NCBI GenBank assembly: GCA_903813345.2
Contig: CAIIXF020000001.1
Span: 35,836,001-35,900,000, forward strand
Direction of reading: 5' to 3'
Length of the DNA: 64,000 nucleotides
From: Owenia fusiformis
Taxonomy: Eukaryota
Part shown: positions 48,465-63,860 of the stretch, in pieces
How positions within the stretch are numbered: the stretch's first letter is position 1
Layout: every line of letters begins with the position of its first letter
The notes under the pieces: model-generated
What the model was told of the DNA's origin: nothing
Seen by the model: the letters and a program-made list of their open reading frames with translations, nothing else
The model's database searches: none
Translations under genes and position numbers: made by a program

Positions 48465-48695
48465 ATTTATTTGCTGTTACCTTATTTTGTTCATTCAACA
48501 GTCTGTTGTCGTAAATCAATGTTCTATGAGACAACAAAACTTTTGAATTCAGATTGCAGGTATTTTAGGTCTCGCGAGATCTTGTGACTTTCGTAAGTAA
48601 AGATTTGCCACAAAGTAACTCGCGTTAGCTAAATATGAATAGTCACATGATCTTTCAGCGGCAATGCGCATGTAAAGTACAATGCGCATGTGCAC

Positions 48696-49522
48696 TAGGG
48701 GTGAAACGAATACTCAAGTATTCGGTTGCAAATAGGTCTCAGGTGATATTCGAATGGCATTTTGTGGTGTTCGAATATTAAACGATTGACTGCGCATGAG
48801 CGCCGATTTAGTCTCCCGCCAAGACAAACCCAATTCTAAGGCAATCCCGATATAGATTACACGGTTACTCACCTAAGAGTCATCTGCAGCTCTTACTTGT
48901 AACCTCTGGCGCTCTGAGTACTGCTGATTAATGGTATTACTTGAATATAAAGTTAAGAACATTCGTTTGACGAGAGGCAATCTGTGCCAGGTTCGTTTTT
49001 AGGTTCAGTTTTTAGCGCATGCTCTTGGAATAAGTATTTATAATCATTCATAACACAACCGTTGCATTGTCTTATCGTCTACAACTTCACAATTTATTGT
49101 GAATTCGAATACTATAAAAAAAGTTCTACAGTAATCGGCAATCGTTTCTTTACGTAATTACGTCTGGTATGTGTTTTAGAACCATCGTATATTTGGTGTT
49201 TCCCGATGACGTAATTAACACGCCGGGAGAAGGTTGTATTTCTTGTTTTCGTTTTTATTTACTGTTTTATTGGTGAAATTAACAAACAAATAGGTAAATA
49301 AAATGCTTTATTGACGTTAATTAAATGTAATAATATTACAAACAAACAAATGGTTTACATAACACAGCCTGCAATTCTGTTCAAACTTGGTGTATTTACT
49401 TCACATGCTCTTAGAAATCAAACACTATATTTACTTCCGGGTTTTTAACGAATATTCGGGGCCGAACGGGGACTTGCTGGCCGAATATTCGGTATGAGAA
49501 TTTACTATTCGTTTCAGCCCGA
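48696..49522. mobile_element. hAT-type non-autonomous element with 8-bp TSD
   Basis: TAGGGGTGAAACGAATA...TATTCGTTTCAGCCCGA ends with subterminal CGAATA repeats. ATGTGCAC is duplicated at 48688-48695 and 49523-49530. Confidence 0.8.
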
Positions 49523-50820
49523 ATGTGCACGCATGCGCAAAAAGTTAAAAAGCGGTGCGCACCAGGTCTGGAATTTCTCTACTTTAAGAAGCCATGGAAG
49601 TTAACAGGAAATGACAAAATAAAAAATGAAAAAACCATGCTGGATTTTGAAAATTTTTTGAACCAAGATAACCGAGTTCTGTTTAGACCTCCAGTCAGTT
49701 TAACTAGTTCTACATATCATTTACATGTCCGGGAACACAATGGAAATGGTCAGAATGACCATAAACATGATGAATTAACCTTTTCAGCCCTCCGAAAATG
49801 TGACTGAAAAAAGCTAAAAGGAGGTACTCAGGAAAGGTCAAAGAACAGAATCTTTTGATTTTTTCAGAAAATGTGTCCCAATATATTGCTCTAAATGTAA
49901 ATTTTAAAATAAAAAAATTTTATTAGAAAATTTAATGTTTTCTGCTTACTGCTGCTAATGCACCTCTAACTTATACCCGGCACCAGAGAGAGTTGCAATT
50001 TTTTCCAAAAAGTTGGGCGAGTGGTATGCTTGAGTTGTGATGCAAAAAGAACAAAAGTTGCAAAAAGTTAGCCATGTAGAAGCCTTGTCATCAGGGTCTC
50101 TCTCATTAACACTTTACAATCACCAAAAATTGCTTCATATTCATGTCCATAAACTAGAATATTGTAACGTTTAGACAGTAAAGTCGAATACTGTTAACGT
50201 AAATCACCACGCACGATGACTATGTCATAAATTACCATAAAAGATGCATTCTATACTGAAAATTGAGAGAAGTTGTCACATGCGCAACAAAGCAACTTTC
50301 TCGGGTGTCAGTTATAAAAACTTTGAAAAGATGTTGAACATACTATACTATTAATATTTTTGAATTTTGAAACTATGTTATGAAGAGTAAATTGCTTTTT
50401 TCTCTTTAGACCTTGGTAATTCACTTCATTTATTTTTACATTAGTAAAACTTAGTTGGAAGTTAAGTTAAAATGTTTCTAACATAGACTCATTTTTTGAT
50501 TCAATGTTATTGCTACTAGAATATTATTCATCGCAAATCACTAGTCATAACCATATATTTTGTGTTTTTTAAACACTGCCATATATTCATTCAATTCAAC
50601 CAATCAAATGCTAAGAAAGTTAAGTGCTTTTATAAATTTTATTGCCTTTACTTTATGAGTTTTTTTTATCATAGTAATGGACTTAAGGTCAAATGGATAT
50701 TAATTGTATTTGTACATCTTTTGAAACCCTCTTAAATTTTTATTTATGTATTCAAAATTACATATCAGCATATCAATTTTATGCCTATTCATGTTTGACT
50801 TTCTATGTTGATTCCATTAG

Positions 50821-51022
50821 TTGATACTGAGGGAAATACCACAGCCTATGAACAACCAGGAGTAATATCTCTGAGGGACTTGAAGATATCCATGTCCTAA
50901 CTGAGGTATACCACTGCTTGGAGTCCCTGGTAAAACACTTTATCGACAATATCCCAGTAGGGTTCTAGAGACAGCGGTTTGCCATGGGTGGCACAAAGGA
51001 AACAAAATCTAAGAAGAGCAAG
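50821..51022 (+). CDS. Possible first coding exon of an unidentified gene (ATG 50984, MGGTKETKSKKSK)
   Basis: TAG acceptor at 50820, strong GCCATGG Kozak context, 13 codons, then an AAG|GTACGA donor. No downstream exon could be identified in the window. Confidence 0.3.
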
Positions 51023-54000
51023 GTACGACACCTTACAATATATTTGATAGTGAATAAACAGCCAAGCATTTCTTGTAAAATCTTCTAAAATTATGATAAA
51101 GCATGCAGTAAAATGATTATGTAATGGGACGATTTCTTGAACTCCTGTTTTGATACTGTGGGTTATATGTGACTTATTCTGAAATGTTTTACTATCTCAT
51201 AATAATAGGATCCATAAAATGTGCTTGATCGCAACGAGCAGGTAACGTTTAGAGGGATGCTCTATATTTAGTCTAGCCTAAGTTTAAAGGTGTCTGAATG
51301 CTAAATACCCATCCTCCACAATATCTTTCTATTGTATCAGATTTGAATATTGGTTTATATTTGGTTCCTTTTCTTTTCTGACGAAATTTCATATTTTTGA
51401 TCATTTCTAAGATATGCAAATGTCTTATGAGATATATAGAGGTTATTTAATGGGAGGTTTTTGATACAGGGTATATCTGAAGGAAATACAATATATCTAC
51501 CTGATATCAATTATATTCCCGCATGTTATTTACCTATAACACTACTAAGTATGGGATAATAAAGAATATTATGAAGCCACAAAACCAATATTCAGTGTGA
51601 TACCTTAGATTTGAATAATGTTATAACACTTTGTGCAGTTGCATATAGTTAACATTTGATTTTCAATTACCACTGTCCATAACAAGGTTAACCATTGATT
51701 TCATTGATTTGTCAATGAGATATCCATTTTTTAAAAGCATTGCATTATTTACTATCTGTGAATCAAAGTGTTCATCATTCCTCCAATGTTTAACTTAAGA
51801 ACGACATATGTCATTCTTTCAATATATTAATTTATACTTCAAAAGAATAGCCTTCAATCAGCATTCATGGAGCACTTTTAGTATTGACTTCTCTGGTGGT
51901 ACTTCGATGAAATCACTAAAAAACCTTGGAATTGGGAACCAGCTGTGAGATTTTGTGATATGACTTGCCTTAGCCCATGAGCATTTTCAGACACTTTCTC
52001 TTTCATTTTGCATGTTTAGAATTGAATTTTCAATGCTTTTTACTGTAATGTAAAAAGATACTACATTTTCTCCTATTTCTGCATGTTCACTTTTTTATCG
52101 TAATAACCTCTTCATGCTTTACTTGTTGCATTTGCATAGTATGTATTTAATATGGCACTTTTTAAATACCATCACCAAAGCAAAAATCACCATCACATTT
52201 TTATTATTATTAATAGTGTTGATCTCTTGAAAATATTGACTTGTTCAAAATTACAACAAATTGTAGAATATAAATGATGGTAAGTATAATATCCTGTATG
52301 TTTATAGTAATTTATCACTACTCTATGTAAAAAATGAATAATCCCATATAGATTATAGGGGGTTCTCTTGGGTGTTATATTTCCCCCTTGGTGAGCCCCA
52401 TGTAGGTTATGTAGTAATGTATTATGCCCCTGCTCTAATATTATATGATGGTGTTTTGTGCTTGTTTGAATGACTTATTGTGTTGCCTGTATTAGGGGTT
52501 AGCAGGGTCAGTCATGTTAGCCTATTAGATTTTAATAATTTGGGAAAAATCATGTTATCCTAGACATTTATTCATTACAACCCAACAACATAAATTGTGC
52601 CTTAATGCTCAGGTGTTTGATAAGTATGGCTTATTTGCTTTAACACATTTGTTTGATATATATAGCTCAACTTTTACAGTGAAGGCATCAAAGATATTTA
52701 TAGCTTTTCTAGAAAAGTGATCAAGATTCAGTGCTGCAATATGGAGATGAAGCAGTTGTCATAGTAACTGAAAAAAGGATTCTGCAGAGAGTAAATTGCA
52801 ACATCACAAGTTAAAGTAGAAATAAATTTATTTAATCTTTGCTTTTAATTTCCACTCATTAGTTGAGTCATTTTATATTATGTTAGAGTCTATGGCTGCT
52901 TGTTTAAAATAATATTTTCTTCTCTTGAACATGTAATGCCACTGTACCTAATAGCAGCCATTTGGGGACTTCTTAATCATAAAGTTCATTGTAATTTGTA
53001 TCATTGTTGTGTGATTTCTTTGATGCCCATGTTATTTTTATGTCACTACCAGAAATGATGACATGTTGTTATAGTCTTCAACTTTTTTGTGGATGGCATT
53101 CGGCAGTTGGCACTCGCATCTGTAACAAATGGCAGGTGGTGACATAATTGAAGGTTAATGATTTGTCTAAATATGTTGACTACTGTTTTATGGCTATTAA
53201 AAGACAAAACACATTTTCAGTTTTCAGTTCTGAATAAGTAAGATATTTTGTCACTGCTGGACCATAACTATGGTTACCATAGCACCAAATGAATATGAGC
53301 TAGAGCACACTAATTTTCAGTGTTTTGAGTTAACACTGGGAACGTTTGAGCAAAACATAATGTTTAATAAAGCATGAGCATTACTTATTGAACACCCTGA
53401 TATGAATACCAGTTATTAATGTAGAAAATAACAAAATGTTACTAGGTAGTAAATATGATAATGTTGTTAGTAGATTTTTGAGACACTTAATCATTGCATT
53501 TATTATTGTGTAATATGTTTTTTATTTCAGAGATGGGCCTGTATATAAGAAAATATTTATTGTATCAGAGTTACATGCTGTTACATGTTTAAGTTGTTGA
53601 TAGAGGAAGTTGTTAATAGTTCAATGGTAAATTGGCATATGGTGTTGACCCTGAAGTTCATATGAGACATCAGCATCATTCCCAATATACATGTAGAGGA
53701 ACTAGTTCTTAATTGAGATTGTTGTAAATTGATATTTTACAGGGCAGTCAATTAAGATCAAAAATAGCCTATTGTTCTATCCCAAAGACTGATTTTTCTC
53801 TAATCTCTGTTCATATTGATATTCTGTGAAGGAGGTATAAAATAAACACCTTTTTTGTGGAAAGGCATCTTTTGTTTTCAAATTGATTCCCCTGTAGCAT
53901 ACCATGTATTAATAAATACTAATTCATCCTCCAAATGCAGGATTAGAAGATCAAGTGAATGGATGAGTACTTCTTCCCTGTCTTTCCCCACCTCCTTATC

Positions 54001-57000
54001 ACATTATTGTACTTATTACATGTACTCGTATATATGTATCATACCACTAGAAAACAAAGGTGAAAAACAATGACATCTATTGAGCATCTCCATGACGATG
54101 ATGAACGCCAAGAAGACAACATGACACATGTTCAATAACACAAGAATATCTCTCTTTGTGTCTTGTGAATTGTATGAATAATGAAGCTTTTAATCATAGG
54201 TCCATATATCTTTTTAAATGCAATGCCAGTTAATTAACTTCACTAACATGAATAAATAACTGTATATTTTCATGCATATAGCATATTTACATGAATAATC
54301 CATGGTTATTCACACTTGATTATTCTGATTGTCTCATTTCTATGTTGTCTTTAGGTATATTTAATGGTTAATTTGCAATACGCATGGATTTAGTGTATTA
54401 TTTATACTGCAAAACAATCATAATAGTAATATATAAATAACTACTCTCTATGGCATAAAGGTCTCACTCCATAAATATTGTCTGTATCAAATCAGAATAT
54501 GTTATCAAAAAACATGAAACTTCATTAACTACCATAAGTAACTTGTTTTTACTTAACATTCAAACTTCCATTAAAATTACATTTTAGATCTCTGAGAGCT
54601 TGGTATCAGATCCAAAATTATAGAGGATAGTTTAGAAAGCTGATTTTAATTTAGGGTAACAGATTTAGGAGAGGAATGGCTGTATCAGTTGAAATTTGGA
54701 AGATGCTAGCTCTGAAAAATGTCTAGTGAAACTACAAGAACTTAAGTGTACATGTATTTGTATATTTTAATGCAAAATTTGAAATGAGCATAGGGTTTTA
54801 TTCATATCATTCATATGTTATAATTCATATGATAATTTTTACTCATGATTTTAATCAAGCTAGGAGTCCGTATACAAATGACATGTATGATGATATAGGA
54901 TATCAGTTCATGTTGTACAAACCCAGCGCAATCAAGCAAAATATATTAAGCGATTTGAAAGAAAAAGAAATGATATTTTTGAATGTGGATTTTCAAATAG
55001 ATAGTTCACACCATGGTATGATTCTGATTTAAACATTTAGTATCTCACCCTGGTCATTTCTGAGCAGTCAATATGATGAGATAATTATGTCCGTTTATAC
55101 TCGATCTTATGGCTTAGTTATGTCGATTATGATGATCAAATATTACATTGGAGCAGTCCAGCAAAATGTCATTTATTTGATTTGTGCCAGAGTCAGTTTT
55201 GCTCAGATAAGTAGTTAATCTGTAAGCTTTAGATGGTAAAGATTGGATAATTCAAATGAGATTTGCCATTAGGGCTGCTTTAAAGTTTACTCATTGACTA
55301 ATGATTTTCTATTCTGTAGCATTTCCTTTGTATTCAGCATCACCTCAGTTAGCCTAGACTCAAATCTTTGCCAAATGTGAGAGCTATTGAAGTATTGATG
55401 TGAGTTCTCAGTTCAGTTAACAAATGAAAAGGGGTCTCATTAAAAGAGTAAGAATTGATTATTTAATTGTGATGAATTTATGCTTTAACCTGTATCCAAT
55501 AACTAACCCCCTAGGGAATTACAAATGGACGTCACTATGATCAGATGTATGTGGAATCGTGTAGTGCTATATCCAATCAATGAATGGCTGTGTAATTATT
55601 GATGTAACCTTGTGTTTGATATGTTTTAGGACAGATTTACATGATGCTTTTTATCACCAAGTGGGACTCTAATGTAAGAAGATTCATAATGAGTATTTTC
55701 TAAGCAGCATTACCAACAACAAAAATGAATCTCTAATCAGCAGATTGATATAATAAAGCTTGCAAATTATTGCTCTTACATTAACCTTTTCAATTCAGGA
55801 CTTAGATTTCACTTTAAAGAGAGCTTCATCTGCAGTAATTATCCTCTTGGTAGTAGGGTATGCATTTAGAATCATATTGTATGCCTAAAACATGAGAAAA
55901 CATCCAAGCAAACTATTGGTTAGGTGAATGATGTTGTTAAGATAATCTGCAGTTATCTGCCAAAGTCAGCCATTTCATCCTTCAGTTAGACTTAATGTCT
56001 ATGCACATTGACAAGAAAACCAGACTGAATTTCAGACTTCTGTGAATTTCAATAAAAAAGTTAAGTTTATCCAATTCTATCTTTTATGCTTGTTTAATAT
56101 CCCGGATTTTGGAAATATTACCTCAGAAATTTATTCCTAAGATTGGGAAGTCTTAATATTTATTTCTGTATAGTTACACCTGCCTAGTGTGAATGAGTGT
56201 GCTTGCTTAGTGTATTATGTCATAGAACAGTTCAGATGAGATGAGAGGTACCATCTGGACATATTTTCTATATTTCACTTTTCAGAGTAAGGCAATGAGC
56301 ATTTAAATTGCATAATAATACATCCTCTTCCAAATTCATCTGTAGAACATACTACATATGCATAGATTGGGTTAACATATGTTTGTATTTACTGGAGAGC
56401 TATTAATGATGAGACCTACAGTATAACATCTGCAATCAGAATTTATTTCATCTGTGCTAATTTTACAATCAGCATATGTTCAGATAGTCATCACATCTTT
56501 CTGTCTCTGAACTTGAGTTGCCATGGTTTACCATGATGAGTTTTATGTGGTAAATTGCAAGTTCTGAGCACTGACTATTGGACTATTGTTATCCTGGACT
56601 TAAGACTGAAATCTAACTATGAAAATGGTACTGGGAATGTGTACATCAAGACAGACAGTGAAGTGAACTTAACACTCAGCAGTGTATGGGTGATTCGTTT
56701 TTATGCCTGCATGTCTGCACTCTATTTGTAAGTCATACTTCAAACAGGATGTAACAAATACTCCTTGAATCTACAAGAGAAAGATACATTCACAGTGGAG
56801 GCAGACTAAAGGAATTGATCCGAGACATAACATTCATAAATGACTCTATACCTTCAAGGTCATTCTGACAAAGAAAACATGGATTACCAACATGTTTAAA
56901 GATTTAGGATATATTTATGCTGAAGTAGATATAAACAATGATCGTTATAGCATTATAGCTTCATACAGTTATTGAAACTGGGGAATATTGAATGTGCTGT

Positions 57001-58099
57001 AATATATCGCCAATTCTAGCATATTAGAGGCAATATAGTCAATCAATAACCAGAATTACTACGGGGATATTAACACACCGAATCAGGAGCTCTGGTGAAT
57101 CGTGCTATGTTCACATAACCAAGATCAAGGGAATTAAAAAACCTATCTGATTCTGAATGTGAACAGTATGTGATCATCACCAAAGAAAGCAAACATGGTA
57201 AAATGAACACTATGTTTAGTTTATACAAGACAGCGACTTGTTTTTTGAAAGAAAAGATATGGATATAGACACAAAGAATGAATGTAAGTATCCATCTTAC
57301 TGGACTCTTTGTATATGATATACTCTCTAATCTTGAAAATTAAAAAATCTTCACATTTAAGAGCCTTTATAGAAAGTAGAGGACAATGGTCAAACTGAAT
57401 TGACATTGACAAAGTTATGATAACAAAATTGATGCCAAATTATCATTTTTTACACCAAATACCAGCAAAATAATAGCACCAAATTGACTTTGCATGTTTA
57501 TTGTAATTTTTATGTGTCTTGAGTGTTTTAGTTCAAAATTTATGTGTCTGAGTGTTTTAGGTCAGTGTTTAGGTGTCTCAGATAATTAAACACAGTGTGT
57601 CTGTCTTGATATGTTGGGAGTTCAGTCTTTGGGTATTCTTGAGTAAAAAGCATTTATATTCCATATAGCAAATGGAGTTCATATTCATGTCTGGCATAAG
57701 GTTAATTGACACACTAATTACAGGTGAACTGAAGCACTAATTGGATGCAACAATTAATTACACAGTTGTTTAGTGAATATTTTATTGGGTTGGCATGAAC
57801 TTTATAAACTTAAAGTATATAATAAGAATTAACACTGGGTTAGGTGTTGAATTCCTTTAGAAAGACTAGCTATAATATCTTTCAATATATTATTAAGCAT
57901 GCGCAGACATTTAAGCTGAACGAAGGCATGAAGCTTGTGGTCTTTCACGACCTTATGTTTTCCATTTTCTCATATCCTAGTACTCCATTCATAAGTACCC
58001 TGCGTGCAGAGTCTAGTTAAACTACACTCTGCCTAGTAGAGACCATATTACAGTTTAGTAGCCCCACCCCCACGACGGGTACCGGTGACAGTTTGGGTA

Positions 58100-58377
58100 A
58101 TAAATCACTTCTGACCAATGCGCTGACCTTTCTTCCACCATTCAGCGAGCTTGAACAAACATACGCTAAATGCGTTCTAATTAAATATGCGCATGTCATT
58201 GGTCAATTCCGGGCTCAAAGATGACGTCAGAAGGAATGACCATATATAGAACGTCGGTCAAATTTGGCCGACGAACACTGATTGGCGCGGTGAGTTCACA
58301 GGTTTATTTTAGTTTGAAAGAGTGAAGACGAAGCTCTCTTTTAAGAAGTGAAGTCAAACGAATGCAAAGGGTAATTC
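58100..58377 (+). promoter_or_regulatory. Putative CRE/CCAAT promoter cluster
   Basis: Full CRE TGACGTCA at 58222-58229, three CCAAT/ATTGG boxes, a TATA-like TATATAGA about 58242, an NRF1-like TGCGCATG, local CpG enrichment and downstream GT donors. Confidence 0.45.
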
Positions 58378-60734
58378 ATAAGGAGATTTAAAAAAAACTT
58401 TTAGCAAACCTTTACATAGATAAGCAGACTTCTGTTTGTAACATATTGTTACTGTCTGGATGAAATATTAGAAAAATTGTTGTTTATCTTCCACTTTCCA
58501 TTATCAAAGATTAATAGCTTTTCAGTATTTTTTAAAATTGCAATAGTTAATCAAATGATCTATATCATCTTAAGTGCCTATTAAACAAGTTGTACACAGT
58601 TTCAAGATATTTTCAAGAAACAGAACCCTGACTATGTACTGACTGTCTAAGAAGTTCATAGAAAAACATGTTCAGATGAAATTGTATATATACATGTACA
58701 TACATGAAAATTGAATATTTTTATAGTTGTATATTTTGAAGAAACAGGTCCCTGACTATGTGTGTATTATGAAGTGCACATAGGTATACTGTATAGTTGA
58801 TTTACTTCTTATCAGGCTAGAAAGCAAACTGCTAATTGAATTCCATCTCTTTGAAGGCACCCCATGTTTTCCTCCCAAGAGCATGTGTTTTTGGGAAGCT
58901 GTTAACTGATACTATGGGTTACTAAAACAGGAATACTCAGGTACCAATCTGCAAAGGAAGAGTACTTCGTGTATATAGGTACACCATAAAACTTAAGTTA
59001 GATTAACAGCAATCTGAAACTCCCCCCTCCCCCCATATCTATTTCACGTAAGCATTTTCTAGTGCAGACATAGTCTATTAATCAAAGATTTAGCTTAGAT
59101 TTACACAGAAATACTATCTGAATTTGCTCAAAGGAGCAAACAAACCAACAAAATCATCCAGTTATAGACAATGCTGTATTTTCCTCAGTCATAGAGCTCC
59201 TGACATTTTCTCTGTATCACTTGAACTTAAATCCTGCCTTAATTACTGGATTAATCAAGTTAAAAGAAACCCTTGATGTTTTATTAATCTGTAAATTGAT
59301 CAATATATCCCAGATGAGCCCTGATCTCTATGTTTATATGTATGGCTTCTGGCTATAGTTTTTATCCGAAACCCCTCCAAAATAGAGCGAAATAAAATAT
59401 TTTCATGATTAATTGTCAAAATTGGGAGTTTTTTTTACAAAATTAGAGAAATGTAGGCAAAATTCCTCAGAAAATGAGAACAATTTGAGTCTCCTTCATA
59501 AAAACTTGCTACAGGCATAATATCAGACATATCATGGTCTTATCATGCTACATGAAAAGGTAGTTAATCCCAGACTTTTGGACTGACCTTTCACTTACAC
59601 CTCTCCCATGCCTACATCAGTACCTGGGTATAACTATTGAGGCAGTACATTAGGGGATGTCATGCTACAATGCATCAGTGATTATTAATTAACTAAGGAT
59701 CAACTCCCTATCGAATGAAGATTGGAGAAGATTTTGATTTCCTTTGAGATCATCAAACTTGTGTTTAAAACCATTGCAAGGTCTCATCCATGATTGTTTT
59801 ATTTTACACCACTGGATCATGAATATATTTTATTACTCGCCTAATCGTGCAAAGATTTAATTACGTCTCAATTGTTTATTACGCTTTCTTATTAGTCTAC
59901 TGTGTTATTGCTTCTAAAATATACTTCTGGGAGTTTTTGATGAGTTTTGGAAGAATAAATCAACTTTGGCATTTCAGCTTGATCAGTTAACTTAGTCGAA
60001 TGCTTTCCTAGGGGAAATTAGAAAATTAAAAAGTGGATATTGTGTTAAACATATCAGTGAACTATAATATGGTTACATATAAACTAAGCAAACACACATG
60101 CATACATAAGAATTATTGGATATGAAGGTTTAGATAGATTGCAAGAAAACCAAGCTATTTGAACATTATCAATTGATGGTGTCATTTCTTTTTATCTATT
60201 GCAAAAATCCTTCCTCAATTTTTACATTATTGACATTCCTCTATGTGAAAACTTCGCAATCTGTAAATAATTAACGGAATGTTCTTGTCAATATGGCTTT
60301 CGTTTGATAGATGGATTTTTCATTTGTTGATGCAAAACTCAACCTGTAGACAAACAGACTGGCTTCTTCGATTGCAGCAGAAAAACTTCCATTTCTTGAT
60401 TGAATTATCTGGCGAAATGAGTGATGAAGGGCATAATGAAGTTTATTGTGAAAGCTGGATTATGTAATTCCCCAGATGTCTGTCTAGAAAACTAATACTC
60501 GGGGTGGAAGGTGTGAGAATTGTGCAAAAAATGACTTTGTGAGCTGGATGGAGTTTCTCTGTATTTTTCATTCTATTAGGGTTTCCTGCATAAGGGATTT
60601 CGCCTGCGAAGCATATAACTCTTGCGAACATATCTAAATATTTGTCCGAGGAAGACATAGCTTGAATTTTTTAGAAAAAAATTGGCTAAAAGTGGAAATT
60701 ACAAAAAGTCAAAATGTTCAACTCAAACAAAACT

Positions 60735-62500
60735 CTAGCTATTTAATATTAACACTATGTATTATTTAATGTTTTTCAGATGTTTAAGGACCTTCATTAG
60801 TGTACTAGTGTCTAGAAATAAGATAATTAAGGACAAAATTTGACATTTTTGATCATTTTCGCTTTCAGCAGTAACATATAGTTCCTTATATCTTGAGTTT
60901 AATGTTGACTGGTTGTTGCAATTTTGATTAAATCTGTGCTCGTACATGTCTTCTTCCATTTAAGATATAAAAAATGTATATTGGACCACCAATGGTCATA
61001 TTAGAGCTTTCAGATCTCCCCTACCCCATTTATTATGAAAAATTACTGAAACATATGAAAATATAAAATAACTTGAATTTATAAACTTTAACAATGTTGT
61101 AGCTATTCTATATTAATATTATGTATTATTTAATGTTTTTCAGATATTTCAGAACCTTTATTGGTATACTAGTGCCTAGAAATGAGACATTTAAGGACAA
61201 AACTTGGCATTTTTTTAAATCATTTTTGCTTTCAGCAGTAACATATAGTTCCTCATATATTGAGTTTTATGCTTACTGGTTGTTGCAATTGTAATAAAAT
61301 CTGTTTTTGTAGATGTCTTCTTCCATTTAAGGTATAGAAAATGTATAGTGGACCACCAATGGTCATATTAGAGCTTTCAGATCTCCCCTACCCCATTTAT
61401 CATGAAAAATTAAAGAAAAATATGAAAATATAAAATAACTTGAAACTATAAACTTTAATAAAGTTGTAGCTATTCTATATCAATATTATGTGTTATTTAA
61501 TGTTTTTAAGATATTTCAGAACCTTTATTGGTAAACTAGTGCCTAGAAATGAGACATTTAAGGACAAAACATGGCTTTTTTGACCATTTTCGCTTTCAGC
61601 AATACCATATAGGTCCTTATATCTTGAGTTTAATGCTGACTGGTTGGTGCATTCTTAGTCAAATTTGTTCTTGTAGATGTCTTCTTTTATTTAAGATATA
61701 AAAAATGTATAGTGGATGACCAATGTTCATAGTAGAGCTTTCAGGTCTCCCCTACCCCATTTATTAGGAAAAATGACCAGAAATATTAATAAAAAGAAAA
61801 ATAACTTCAAATTATGAACTTTTACAAAGTTGTACCTATTCTATGTCAATACTATGTATTATTTAATCTTTTCTGATGTTTCAGGACCCTCATTAGTATT
61901 CTAATGCCTAGAAATGAGATATTTAAGGACAAAACTTGGCTTTTTTTCATTTTCGCTTTCAGCAATAACGTATATAGTATAGGTCCATATATCTTGAGTT
62001 TTATGCTGACTGGTTGGTGCATTCTTGGTCAAATCTGTTCTTGTACATGTCTTCTTCCATTTAGGATATAGAAAATGTATATTGGACAACCAATGTTGAT
62101 ATTATAGCTTTCATGTCTCCCCTGCCCCATTTATGTAAATGAAAAAGTAATTTCAAATCATCAACTTTAACAAAATTGTAGCTATTCTCTATCAATACTA
62201 TGTATTATTTAATTTAACTTTCATTTGATTACATGTGTCTAAAATTTGGCATTTTTAGCATTCTGCATTTAGCAGTAGCATATAATTTTCCACAATTATA
62301 ATTCTTTGATGATAGATTCATATATGTTTTTTATTGAATCTGTCTTCTCTGATTTAACTTAAAGAAAATGTATGTAAGACAACGAATGTTTTTATTAGAG
62401 GTCTAAGATCTGCCCTCCACCATTAAATGAGAAAACCAACACAAATGTTATTATTGCATGATAATATTCTTAAACTTTTCAAAAGTTTAGCATATTTATT
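60735..62500. repeat. Diverged tandem array with a unit of about 365 bp (about 4.5-5 copies)
   Basis: TATGTATTATTTAAT-type anchor at 60756, 61120, 61487, 61853 and 62199, with shared CCAATGGTCATATTAGAGCTTTCAGATCTCCCCTACCCCATTTA. Confidence 0.85.
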
Positions 62501-62905
62501 AGCACACTAAAATCAAAAAATGACACATAAATGGGCAAAATGACCAATGTTTCACTTCCAGCAATAGTTGTTTATATTTTTAGTTGAATGGTGATTAGTT
62601 GACATATTTTAGATCATATATATTCAACTATGTGTCTTGTTATCTTCAAAGCATGGAAAATGTGTTTTAAACACAAATATACATATTAGAGATAAAATTA
62701 CTACACTACTATATTTTTAAAAGATTACTCAAAAATAGCATAGTGCGAAATAATTTTGTAATTTCACAGTTTACTCTCATATGAATCAAAGGATATGTCT
62801 TTATATAGACATGATTGTTCACAACTCACGAACTTAATCCAGCAACAGCCTGATTTTTCAAATCTCCCTGGTTCTATGTTAGAGCTGCATTTAAGTCATT
62901 TTAAA

Positions 62906-63860
62906 GGTAACTGGTGAACTGGTACCCAAGACAAGTCGTACCCAAGCATATATTTTGTTTTGAATCAAGTGTTGGACTGGGAATGTGTAAAGATATACAT
63001 ATTATAACTGTAACATACTGTTCAGAAGTTTGAAGAATTTTCAGAAGAAATTGATATAATTTTGTAACATTTTGAGCTTGAGTGTCAATTTATTTTGACT
63101 ATTATTTTATATTGGATGTTCGAGTGAAGAGATATATGTTTATTCCACACATTCATAATCATTTTTTTAAATATTATATGTTTAAGAGTGTTTGGAACAA
63201 GTGTCAGATTTAATTCATCTTGGAAGATGGTATTATTATAAATGCATTGATTCATCAAATCTTGGGACTAATTTCTTATTAAACAGATAATCTATTTGTC
63301 TAGGATTTCATATTATCAGAAGTCATATTCATGAAATTTAGCAATAAAATATTTTGAATAATATAATAATAGTATACAAGTAATAATATAGTATACTATT
63401 AATATCAAATATTATTTTGGTACTTATTCATACATGATATATTATTACACTTAGTATGCATGTGCATAATCCAATTTAGTTCCAATTGGAAAAAAATTAA
63501 CAGATTAAACTTCCTTTAAACTTTCTCAAAATGCTCAAATTAATTGTTTGATTCATTTGTAGAAAAGTCACTGTTGTAATTATATTTATTTATATATATG
63601 TTTGACAAAAAATGTTGTGAACAAGCACTTCAAGCACTTGTTTTATTAGTAAAAAGGTGATTCAAGTTAAATCAAAATGCTTCACTTAATCCATTGAGAA
63701 AAAATGTCTTCTAAATTCAAAAAAATATTGAGGCTTATTTGAGTCACATTATAACATGAAAACATTATTATACAAACTCAATTTGTTTTCCTAATATGCA
63801 CCCATAATACTGGAAATAACTTGGGTACGAGTTGTCTTGGGTACCAGTTGACTAGGAAGC
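62906..63860. mobile_element. MITE with about 40-bp TIRs and 8-bp TSD
   Basis: AACTGGTACCCAAGACAAGTCGTACCCAAG is mirrored by CTTGGGTACGAGTTGTCTTGGGTACCAGTT. ATTTTAAA is duplicated at 62898-62905 and 63861-63868. Confidence 0.8.

Noticed and set aside
60762..62089. Short minus-strand ORFs in the 365-bp array
   Set aside because: Frames are not preserved between repeat units, so the array is non-coding.
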